Positions 37,224 through 47,122 of a stretch of DNA of 64,000 bases are shown here, piece after piece. Numbering within the stretch: position 1 is the first letter of the stretch; every line of letters begins with the position of its first letter. A program made the position numbers and the translations under genes. Source of the DNA: Isurus oxyrinchus (taxonomy: Eukaryota); assembly GCA_026770705.1 (NCBI GenBank), contig JANJGN010000026.1, forward strand, positions 37,510,001 through 37,574,000, read 5' to 3'. The notes under the pieces were generated by a model that made no database searches, had not been told where the DNA came from, and saw only the letters and a program-made list of their open reading frames with translations.

Positions 37224-37926
37224 GTAAGAAACATACATTTATTTAGTAACTGCTTTCCTTGAATTTTTGTTTTATAATGTCTATTTTGATAATTAATTCC
37301 TTCAGTGAAACGTGAGTTTGATGGATTCTGTATTGAGATTTTTTAATACAGACGAGATAATTCATTCACACAGACACAAACGCCAGTCTATTGATGAAAT
37401 CATTGTTCAAACGCACTTTTTAAAGGACATATCCACCAACAGTTGTCCCTATCACATGATGACCCGACAAACACACTAAGCAATATTCTTACTGAGAAAG
37501 TAATTTAAGTTACAGACGTGCCAAACATTCCCACAACAAATAAACAAATAAGATGGGAACTCACATCCGAGCTTTTAAACTCAACATTCACAGTTTCCAA
37601 ATAAGTAGCTATGAACCTCTATCGAAATCCACCATAATAGTCTCTAATAATAGATCGTACAAAATTGTTCGAAAATGAACTGACACTAAAGAAAATTTCC
37701 CATACCTTCTGACATGGGCTGCTCGAGGAATGTCAAGGAACGACTGCTGTGGTAATAGTTACAGAGATAGGTTGCTAAATGTCACGAACTTAACAATAGA
37801 CATACATTAAAAATTAAATTAGAGATTACATTAATAGCTTAAGAAAGAAAAGTGAATACAAAAGAGCAGTAAGAAATCCTGGATTAATAAACAATCTAAT
37901 TTATTTCGGGCGCTATACCCACGTAG

Positions 37927-38054
37927 ATTGCACAGATCGCATCTGGATTGAAGGTTCTGACGATGATAACGGCAACATCTGGACAACCGCTTCCACATTC
38001 ATCATCCTGTTCTTCCTGAGCATGTGCTACAACACTGCCGTTACTCTGGTGAAG
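37927..38054 (+). CDS. IgH membrane exon TM1
   Basis: acgtag|AT TGC ACA GAT CGC ATC TGG... = CTDRIWIEGSDDDNGNIWTTASTFIILFFLSMCYNTAVTLVK|gtgaaa; acidic spacer plus WTTASTF..LF.LS..Y..AVTLVK antigen-receptor TM motif. An in-frame alternative acceptor starts the exon at 37936. Not in the ORF track. Confidence 0.9.
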
Positions 38055-38192
38055 GTGAAAAGATTCAATCTGCTCACACTTCAAACTGACAGAAGCGGTT
38101 TGAAAAGTCTGTCAATGTTACAATGATTAAAACCCTAACATAAATGTCCCAGATCCTAAACATCTGCTTCATTATTTTAACTCCTTTTACAG

Positions 38193-38201
38193 ATCGAATG
38201 A
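38193..38201 (+). CDS. IgH membrane exon TM2 (IE-stop), followed by 3' UTR
   Basis: Polypyrimidine ctccttttacag|ATC GAA TGA; two-codon exon typical of IgH TM2 (normally VK*). Confidence 0.75.
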   Translation: ME

Positions 38202-38606
38202 TCGGTTGAATTTTGGACACTGTAGACTTTCGTCAGCTCTTTATTGAGATCTCTGCATTACGAATTTAAAATATGTCCTCTTGGTGACTCTCTATGTAAA
38301 ATACCTTCAGCTTTTGATTCCGAATTTGTGACTAAGGCAATCATGAGGGTATTTCTGATTTACTGTTTGAAATGTGCGAGATAATTATGACTGTACTGTA
38401 ACGGTTGCTTATAATTTCCCAGTAGTTTCAATTATCTGTAACTTTCGTCATTCCTCATTCACAATTATTCCCTTCCCTTTATGTTGAGCCCCTGTTTTCT
38501 CTTCCTGGTGCCTGTTACAGTTGTACATACAGATGGCAGCTCAGAGCGACTGTGTTCCGTTCTCAAAGTGGCTCACAGTCATTATATTCACTTCAGTTCA
38601 CTTTAA

Positions 38607-38649
38607 AATAAAATTTGTCTGTAAAATGTTCTCTGAAATTGTCAATAAA
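38607..38649 (+). terminator. Polyadenylation signals of the membrane-form transcript
   Basis: AATAAA at 38607-38612 and 38644-38649, ~400 bp after the TM2 stop. Confidence 0.6.
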
Positions 38650-39059
38650 CCTTGAATGTGAAACGACCTATGACTTTGCTGAACTCCTTTCTCCCAAACC
38701 GAGAGACGCTCCCAGACAGGAATTTTTCACCAGTCCTGTCTGGGATGTGTTTGAACCCAAGGCCCTTCGGAGAAAGAGTCACTGCGCCACCGAGCGGCCC
38801 ATCCGTGTAAAGAGATCTTTATCTTAGCTTTTTTATGGCAAACTCCAGAGGCAGAATGATTACACAGCGAGGAGAACCTCGTGATTTCACTCAAACTCTG
38901 GCCTGTCACAGTCACATGTCAGGTAATTGTAAACAGAAGGGATCTGCTTCTTCGGAGGCCGATGCAGGACAGTATATGGAGGAAGAAAGTTTCCGTTACA
39001 CTGTCTCATCAAACAGCCCCAGGGTCGGTGCAACAGATGTTCGATACAGAGTAAAGCTT

Positions 39060-39545
39060 TTTTTTCTCGTTATTCTTTCATGGGATGGGGTGTCACTGGC
39101 AAGGCCAGCATTTGTTTCTTATACTAATTGCCCTTGAACTGTTTGGCTTTCTCGGCCATTTCAGAAGGCCATTAAGAATCAACTACATTACTGTGAGTCC
39201 GGAGTAACATATAGGCCAAGCCGGGTAAAGGTGGCAGATTTTCTTCCCTAAGGAAATTAGTGGTGTAGATGGATCTTAAATGACAATCGATGATAGTTGC
39301 CATAGTTACCATTTCCGAGTGCAGCTTTAAATTTCAGATTTAATTAATTGAATTCACATTCCAGCAGCTGCCATGTTGGGAATTGAACCCAAGTCCCCAA
39401 AGCATTATCTTGGGCTCTCTCTCCCTTGTCCAATTAAACACTCATAACGCAGAGACGTCACAATCCACCTTCCCGAAGGCAATTCGGGATGAGCAACAAA
39501 TGCTGGTCCAGCCAGCCACGCCCACATCCCATGAATGAATAATTA
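39060..39545. mobile_element. tRNA-derived SINE fragments
   Basis: Reverse copy of the 33905 SINE family plus a forward CACATCCCATGAATGAAT tail. Confidence 0.65.
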
Positions 39546-41615
39546 AACGCATATAAAACGCAGACAGAACACTTGACACAGACCATCATGATTCCTGGAG
39601 ACTGGGGCCAATCTGACACAGGCACATCACCGAGCAATAATCCTGCAAATGATTACCAAAGTTTTGCGTTTATCAGGAACACCAGAGAGCACAAATCGTG
39701 GAAATTCCCAGGCACTGCGCCCTGCCTGACGCAACATGCAAGCATAATTCATGAGAATTGTTCCCAGAGAATGGTATCCATCTGACACAGAGACTCCAGC
39801 CTCACAGTTTATGTAAGCACACAATCAGACACTTTCTGTCCCTGTTCTGGAGATCCCAACACTCCGATTTCTGTTCTGCACACGCTGACAGTCTGAACAT
39901 ACATCTGTACATACGAACTGGGAGCAGCCGCTGGCCCCTCTGGTTTGCTCCACCATTTAACAAGATCATGGCAGATCTGATTGTAATCTCAGCTCCACAT
40001 TCCCACCGAACCCCATAACCTTTGATCCTGTCTTAAAAATACTCAAACAGTCTGCTTGCGCAGTTTTTGACAGAGTTCCAAAGACTGATGACCGTCTCAG
40101 AGAAAATAAATCCTCATCTTTGTCGTGAATGGGGGGACCCCTTATTTTTAAACAGTGACCGCAGTTAACAATAAACTCTATTTCCACCTTTTCTGCTCTA
40201 GTCATCAACCCTGTTTCTCAGTCTCATATTTCGATTCTGAACTTTCTCCCTGATCAGCTCCACTTTCTTTGATACCATCCTCCAGATCTCTCTGAAAATC
40301 ATCCCAGGGATTCTCTCTCCCTGCTCCATTCCCCCTGATACCATCCTCCTGAACTCACTGAACATCACCCCAAAGATCCTCTTTCCCTGCTCCATTCCCT
40401 CTGATACCACACCGCCCCCTCCCCCCACCCCACGCCCCGCGAACTCACTGAACATTAGCCTGGGGAGTTCGCTCCACCTCCTCAGAGATTCCTTCAGACC
40501 CTCCCAGTCACGGGAATATCAGCAGAGATTTCTGTTCAGGCGCCAATATCTTCTAACATTTTCCTTCTGATGCAGTGCTGGTTTTCCTTTAACACACCCT
40601 TTGTAAGGCAGCAGTCCAGAATAGATTTTAAATTTAAGTAGCAAGCAAGCAAGTTTACCGCAGCACCTACTCAACAGTGGAATTCCAAAGGAAATCCTCC
40701 ACCTTTGGTTGCTGGACACAGCAGGCATCTGCTAAAGTGGATGGAGGCTTCCCCAGCGTTGTTTTACACAGTCCTCTTGGGTTTTACATGGCCCACCAAC
40801 ATAGCCTTCCATTCCTCTTCATGTATGTTCCTCTATCTTCCATCATTCTATGTGCCTTTCAAAATTTACTTTTCCCATGATATAAAAATGTTTCATGTTG
40901 CAAATATGGCCAGTACCTTTAGGAAAATAAATACACTGCTTGGCCTTGCATACTGTACATACTAAGACCTCATCCATGTTTACTCAATAGCATTTAAAAT
41001 ACCTTTTTCCTCTAATTTCTTTTGATAATTTCAAGCTTTCAGTCTATCTGACTCTAATTCAATTAAATTACACAGACAGAACCATCTATACACACACCCA
41101 TAAACCTACTTTACAATACACCACAATAATATAATGAAAAGATCTGTCAGTTTCACGACACTACTGAACTGTCTGCTCTGTAAGTTTGGTCAACGATGGA
41201 GTCCTTGAGAGATGCCAGGTGGAATTCTGTCTGTGAAATATCGGCTCTAACTGAAAATATTGGTGATTATTGTTGGGTTGTCATTATGGCAGACTAATAT
41301 GTTTTTATTGTGTTGATTTAATTGTCATTGTAACTGTTGCCCTTCTGTACAGTTCGTGCTATATTGATTCCAAAATTATTCGTCTCAGTTTTCCTACATT
41401 CCCAACTCAGAAATGCAATACATGTCCAGTTGCATAAAATAGATGGACTTCACTTTAATTAGTCCACAGTTAGTAATGCTTGCTTGTTGATTTCATGAGA
41501 ATGAAGCCTTGCATTCTCCCTAATCATCAAATGATGGCATCAATCAAAATTGGTTACAACCAATGACGATTACTATATTGTTATGGATGGTTAATTGGTA
41601 TTTTGAATCAATTGA

Positions 41616-42025
41616 TTGTGTGCATCTGTCTGTCTTCACGTCTGTTCCTGTGTGTCTGGCTGTGTGTGTATCAGTGTGTCTGTCTGTGTGTCAGTGTGTG
41701 CGCCTGTCTGTTTCTATGTGTGTGTCTGCCTGTGCGTGTGTGTCTGTGTGTCTGTGCCTTTGTGTTTGTGTGTGAGCGTGTGTGTATGTACGTGTGTGTG
41801 CCTACCTGTGCCTTTGTGTGTGTGTTTGCCTGTGCATATTGTCTGTGTGCCTGTGTCTTTGTGTTTGTGGGGTCTGTGTGTGTGCATGTATGTCTGTGTG
41901 TGTGTGTGTGTGTGTGTGTTTCTACGTTTCTGTGTGTGTGTTTGTGTGTGTGTTGGCCTGTCTGTTTTGTTTGTTTTTGTGTTTTGCGAGTGTTTGTGCA
42001 TGTGGATGTGTTTGTGTATGTGTGG
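41616..42025. repeat. Imperfect (TG)n microsatellite
   Basis: Direct reading. Confidence 0.95.
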
Positions 42026-42689
42026 ACCGAGATAGTCGAGGATTATAACAATTTGGATATTTTAGCGAACCTTTTTATATCAGAAGACTGAACTCATTAA
42101 TTCAGGTAAGATACCAGTTATATAGTATCCACAAATTAAATGGAGCTTCACACGGTGTAATGGTGTACTCCAGTTCTATTAATACATTCAGAGAATGAAT
42201 TTCTATTCACTGCTTTGAATCGTATATTTCTCAGGAATTTGGTGTACTACGCAGTTGAATTATTTTTATTCTCATTTTATTTGAAATTAATATTTATATG
42301 ACTGTTTGTGTGGGAACTTACCAGATAACAGCAGGGCTGACAACGTTTGGGGAACATTTCCATCAGATCAAGGCGCACAACCCGGAACTGTGTCAGCAAT
42401 GGGAGGGTGAGGAAGAGACTTTGGCCGTTGTTGGGTGATGTCAAACCACCAACTTTTCTGCTAATGTCAGAACGCACTCACCATTTATGCCACAAAGACG
42501 GGGTACAGCAAAGGAATCAAGGGCTTTAGGGATCGGCCGGGAAATTGGTGTTGAGGCCCAGGATCCGCCGTGATCTTATGAAGTAACTGAGCAGGCTCGA
42601 CGAGCCTTTTGGCAGGCTCCTGGTCGGATTGCTTATGTTTTCAATCACTGCCGATACCAGTCAAGACTATGACGTGCTTATAGCATTGT

Positions 42690-42772
42690 GGTAGTGTGGC
42701 CGAGTGGCCTAAGACACTGAGCTTCAGTTCCAGTCTCTATACATGACGTGATTTCGAATTCCGTCACTACCA
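42690..42772 (+). pseudogene. tRNA-Leu-derived pseudogene (loop reads TCA)
   Basis: GGTAGTGTGGCCGAGTGGCCTAAG...TTCGAAT...CACTACCA aligns with the Leu tRNA at 4888; anticodon and T stems broken. Confidence 0.75.
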
Positions 42773-44339
42773 GGTTATCATTTTGCGGACTTCATGCAAA
42801 TCACTTCCGGCGGAGGGGAGGCTGCTAAAATTAATAACAGGAAAGTGAGCGGTGTTTCCGATTGGTCGGAATTCAAATGAGAGGAAATGTGAATATAAAT
42901 TACAGGGCGACTGGGAAAAGGCCAGCACAGTGAGACTAGTTGGGTTGCCCTTCCAGAAAGCCGACAGGAAAATGAGGGGCCGAATGACCTCCTTCTCTTC
43001 TGTAACCATTCTGTGATTTTATATGACCCCTCTTGGCGAGCGCGCAGGTCTGCAGGTGAAAGCGGAGTGGTTAAGGTGATGGATTCTTCCAACCCAGGGT
43101 CCCATTCTGATGACTACACTTCTCCGCATTCTTGATTTTATCTGTGTCTACAGATACAGGGCTAATTATCTGTTCATTAGAATAAAAGACAGAGCCAAAC
43201 ACTTTAGCTTTTTCCTATTTCCGTTAATCTACAAGCATTTACGGAATTTACTGCCGGATTTGTGAAAACAAAACTGAGCAAATTGGGTGATGTCTTTGTT
43301 TTCTGAGTGTTTGTCCCTGGGCCTCTGTCACTCTCGGTTTCAGATATATGTGTGTGTTCCTCTGTGTGTGTCAATGCGCTTCAGTTCCCCGCTTTTACTA
43401 ATCAAAACTTTATTTATATTAGTTGGGTAGCTTCATGTTAAAATCGGACAAACAAAATAGAGCAGCTTTAAAACATGCAAGAAAGGAATTCCTGCTCTAT
43501 TCGTTTTTGAATGGATACTGCTCAGCGTCTAAGTGCCCGTGTGTTACAAATTGGGGAATAATTGACATTTAGACTGAGCAACATTAAAACAGACAGAAAC
43601 TGAGTCCTTGTTGTCGAGGAGTTAAGGCAATGGACACACCGAGAGAATGAATTTGGAAAGACAAAAAGTCCAAACTGAAATCCCTCAGGCCTTCGGAACA
43701 GTGTCTACTCCGGTCATACCTCAGAAGGAACAGGAAAATAAAAGTTCAATCACAAATGTTATAATCATCTGGAAAGGCTGAACAGCCTGAAGCTCTTTAC
43801 TCTAGAAAATGGAAGGCTGAATGCTGGCCTTATATAAATGGAATACTTTGTCCCTGTTTTGTCAAGGATCCTGATCATATAAATCTGATCATACAAATCA
43901 TGAAAAGTTTAGAAACATAGGATGAAATGTTTACATTGAGGTGTCGTTCTTAAGATCAAATTTTGTCATTTGCTGGATCAGCATTTTTGTCGAACTGTCT
44001 CTCTGTGTCATTAAATTACAACACTGACTACACTTCAAAAGCATTCCATCGGCTGTACAGCACTTTCTGTTGTACTGAGTTTGTGAAAGGCTCTGTTTAA
44101 ATATAAGTCTTTTATTCTCTTCTTCTTTTCCATCTTTCAATCTAAGTTAGCGATCATATGGAATGGTGAAGTTTATCTGTTCCTTTCAGTGTCTAACCAA
44201 CTCTCTGTCCCTATCGGTCTCTCTTTGTCTCCGTATAACTGCGTTCACCATCACAGTTTCTCTGTCTCTGTCTAGGTCTTCTTTACCTCTTTGCAAAGTG
44301 TGAACTTCTGAGGCAGTTTGAGAGTGTTCATGGTGAGAG

Positions 44340-44665
44340 TCTGTTTTCCCCCTGGTCGGAGCGTCTAGAACTGGGCTCACCTTCTGCGGATAATGTGACA
44401 GCCATTTAGGACTGAGATGAGGAGACATTTCTTCACTCAAAGGTTTATGAATCTTTGGAGTACTGTAACCCAGATATCTACAGATCCTAAGTCGATGAGT
44501 ACATTGAAGGTTAAGATGGATAGATTTTTGGATTCTAAGGCAATGAAGGAATATTAGGATGGTGTAGAAAATTGGTTTTGAGGCTGGGGATCCACTATGA
44601 TCTAAACAAATGGCGGAGCATGTTCAAGGTGCCTGAAGGCCGCTTCCTGCTCTTTTCTTTACTGT
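44340..44665 (+). mobile_element. CR1 3' fragment
   Basis: TTTAGGACTGAGATGAGGAGACATTTCTTCACTCAAAGG matches the CR1 ends at 5000 and 25900. Confidence 0.75.
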
Positions 44666-44711
44666 CTATATTTCAATGGAAATACCAGCTAAGGTAAAAA
44701 GCACCCACTAT

Positions 44712-44792
44712 GTTATTGTGGCCGAGCGCTCTAACATGCTGTGTCAAAATCTTTACTTCTATTGAGGCCTTGGCTCGAATCCTACTGTTCTA
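44712..44792 (+). pseudogene. Highly decayed tRNA-Leu-like pseudogene
   Basis: GTGGCCGAGCGCTCTAA A-box and GGCTCGAATCCTAC B-box at tRNA-Leu spacing. Confidence 0.5.
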
Positions 44793-45041
44793 ATAAGCTG
44801 TTATTTGCGCCATGTCACAAAATATTTAGACGGGGAAGCTTCAGTTGGAGTGAAGTGTGTGGTGTTTTATTTTGTTGGGAAGAATAAGGAGAGACAATGC
44901 AAATATGAATTTCTGTGGGGGAAACGGAGCCTGTGTGGAATCAGTTGATTCACTTTTCCAGAGAGATGGCACGAATCCGACGGGGTGAAAGCCCTCCTGC
45001 TCTGCAGTAACCACCTATTATTTTATACAACTGATGCCAGC

Positions 45042-45123
45042 GTAGTTGTAGCCAAGTGGTTAAGGAGATGGATTCAAAATCCATTGGATTCTTCCCACGT
45101 AGGTTTGAATCCTGCCGACTACA
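45042..45123 (+). pseudogene. tRNA-Ser-body pseudogene with CAA in the anticodon position
   Basis: GTAGTTGTAGCCAAGTGGTTAAGGAGATGGATTCAAAATCCATTGGATTCTTCCCACGTAGGTTTGAATCCTGCCGACTACA aligns to vertebrate tRNA-Ser; CpG-type changes in A and B boxes. Confidence 0.8.
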
Positions 45124-45836
45124 TTTCTTCATTATCCCTGATTTTAACTGGAATAAAGTATTGGTAAATTGGAGAAAATAAACTCTGCCGCGTTTTCCTA
45201 TATCTGTTCATCTGCCACATATCAAGGGGCGTGGACATCTCAGAAGGTTTTGTGGTTCTGGGAGATGAAAGCGAAAGAGAGGGGCAAGGACATGGAGGGA
45301 ACTGGAAACAAGCAGAATTTTAAGCTAAAGATAATATTTGTCCAGGAGTCAGTGTAGGTCAGAAAGCACAGGGGTGATAGGGGAATGGGACTTGCTGCAA
45401 GTTCAGACACGGGCAGCAGAGTTTTGAATGACCTCAAGTTTACAAAGGGTAGAATGTCCATTCACATTCCAGAACTCACATCCTGGTGGATCAGCGCTGC
45501 CCTCTTTCCAAGATCAATACTGATCCTTTATCAGGTGTCATTCTCTGAACTATACACAGTGCTCCAGTAAAAGCAGCCCCATTCCCATCCATATTCTGCC
45601 TTGTATCAACATCGTTGTAGCCACTGCTTTGCATCCGATCACAGCCTTTCTCTTTTATTCTTTTACTTTCCAGCCCGACATCTACATTTGTTATTGACCT
45701 GTTGCACATGTGACATTTTCATTTCTGATGCGAAGCTTCAGTTTCAACTTCACTGATTCGGGCAGAGCTGTAACACATTTTCTGTTTTCAGACAGTAACT
45801 TAATCAAGTCGTTTTAATAAGAGAATTAAGCGGCTA

Positions 45837-45908
45837 GCTTCTGATCGGGATGCAAACCCAGGCCGCAGCGGTGAGATCGCCGAATCCTAACCACTGGATT
45901 ACCAAGGA
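45837..45908 (-). pseudogene. tRNA-Glu(CTC) pseudogene
   Basis: Reverse complement TCCTTGGTAATCCAGTGGTTAGGATTCGGCGATCTCACCGCTGCGGCCTGGGTTTGCATCCCGATCAGAAGC; mismatched stems. Confidence 0.8.
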
Positions 45909-47059
45909 AGCTGCTCGCTGCCCTTGCATCTCGGGATATCGACGCAGCTTTTGCCATTTTCTTCATTCTGGACCATTTTCCCGAGGATGAAGTTTCTCTG
46001 ACAAAATGTCATGTTGAGATAGGACAGAAATTATTTCTTCAGCCAATGAAAACCAACGTTGCTATTGGCTGGAACATGAAATCGACAGTGTGATGAAATA
46101 GTCCCTAAGCTGTGAATTGCAAAATTCAATTTCTAAAACCCACCAACATAATCACTGCGGCTCCTGTGAAACTGACAAGGCAGCGCACGGCTGATATTCA
46201 TCACTAAAAGCAACTGACAGACATCAAATTCTTCACTTCCACGTCACATTTTTTAACTCGTATTCTCCATCGCAGACATTTCCAGTTCAAAAAGATACAA
46301 AAGGAATCTTCCCAATCTGCTTTTTCTCTCTGAACCTTTTTAATATGAAGTAGCAAAACTAAAGTGAATTTAGTTGTAAAGCGTGAAGTGAATGCGATGG
46401 TAAAAATTCGTTCACCTGCTTGTGGAACTGAGCCGCATTGATACATTCCGGATCCTAACCACTCGCTGTGCAACATAAATCTGTACACTTTGTTTCCTGT
46501 TGCCTCTCTTCTCCGACCAAAATGAATCACTTCATACTTCCTTACATTAAATTTCAGATGCCACTTGTCCGTCCAAATGGATTTGTTTAAGAGCCCGAAA
46601 GGGAAACCGACTCAAACTGGATATGGAAGCGTGAGAACAAAAGAAGAGAAGTGACGGGTTTTGTACATCCCGGAGTAAAGAGACGCCAGGATCAGAATAA
46701 ATCAAAATATTGCGGATGTTGCAAATCTGAAACATAAACAGAAAATGCTGGAAAAACTCAGCCAATTTGTCAGCAGCTGTGGAGAAAGAAACAGAGTTAA
46801 CATTTCGAGTCCGTATGAAGAAGAGTAATTGGGACTGATTGGAATGCTCTTTGCAAAAAGCTGCCATACACAGATGGGCCGAATTGTCTCCTCACGTGCT
46901 GTACCATTTTATGGCGACATTGTTAAATCAGTCTGTCTCCAGCATTCCTAATGATAGCAGCTGAATTCCATTTCTTCAGAACAAAATCCCAATGTGCTGC
47001 TGCATGGCCGCGCAGGTTACCGTTTCAGTCAAGCCCATTGAAGATTCGGCAGTGCAGGG

Positions 47060-47122
47060 TTTCTCTAGCGTCATGGCCCGAACACGCAAATAGTCTCCCG
47101 GTTCGAAACCCGGGAAAATGTT
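47060..47122 (+). pseudogene. Deleted tRNA-Val(AAC)-like pseudogene
   Basis: GTTTCTCTAGCGTCATGG...AACACGCAAA...CCCGGTTCGAAACCCGG. Confidence 0.55.

Noticed and set aside
37224-37926. Hidden CH exon between JH and TM1
   Set aside because: No open ~300-bp exon with C1-set Cys/Trp/YxC pattern seen on the plus strand.
41563-42091. Cys/Val-rich and His/Thr-rich ORFs (also 18913-19283 and 63267-63801)
   Set aside because: Translations of (TG)n, (CA)n and G-run simple repeats.
43050-43640. tRNA-Ser-like A-box fragments at ~43055 and ~43603
   Set aside because: Too truncated to call; no complete cloverleaf.
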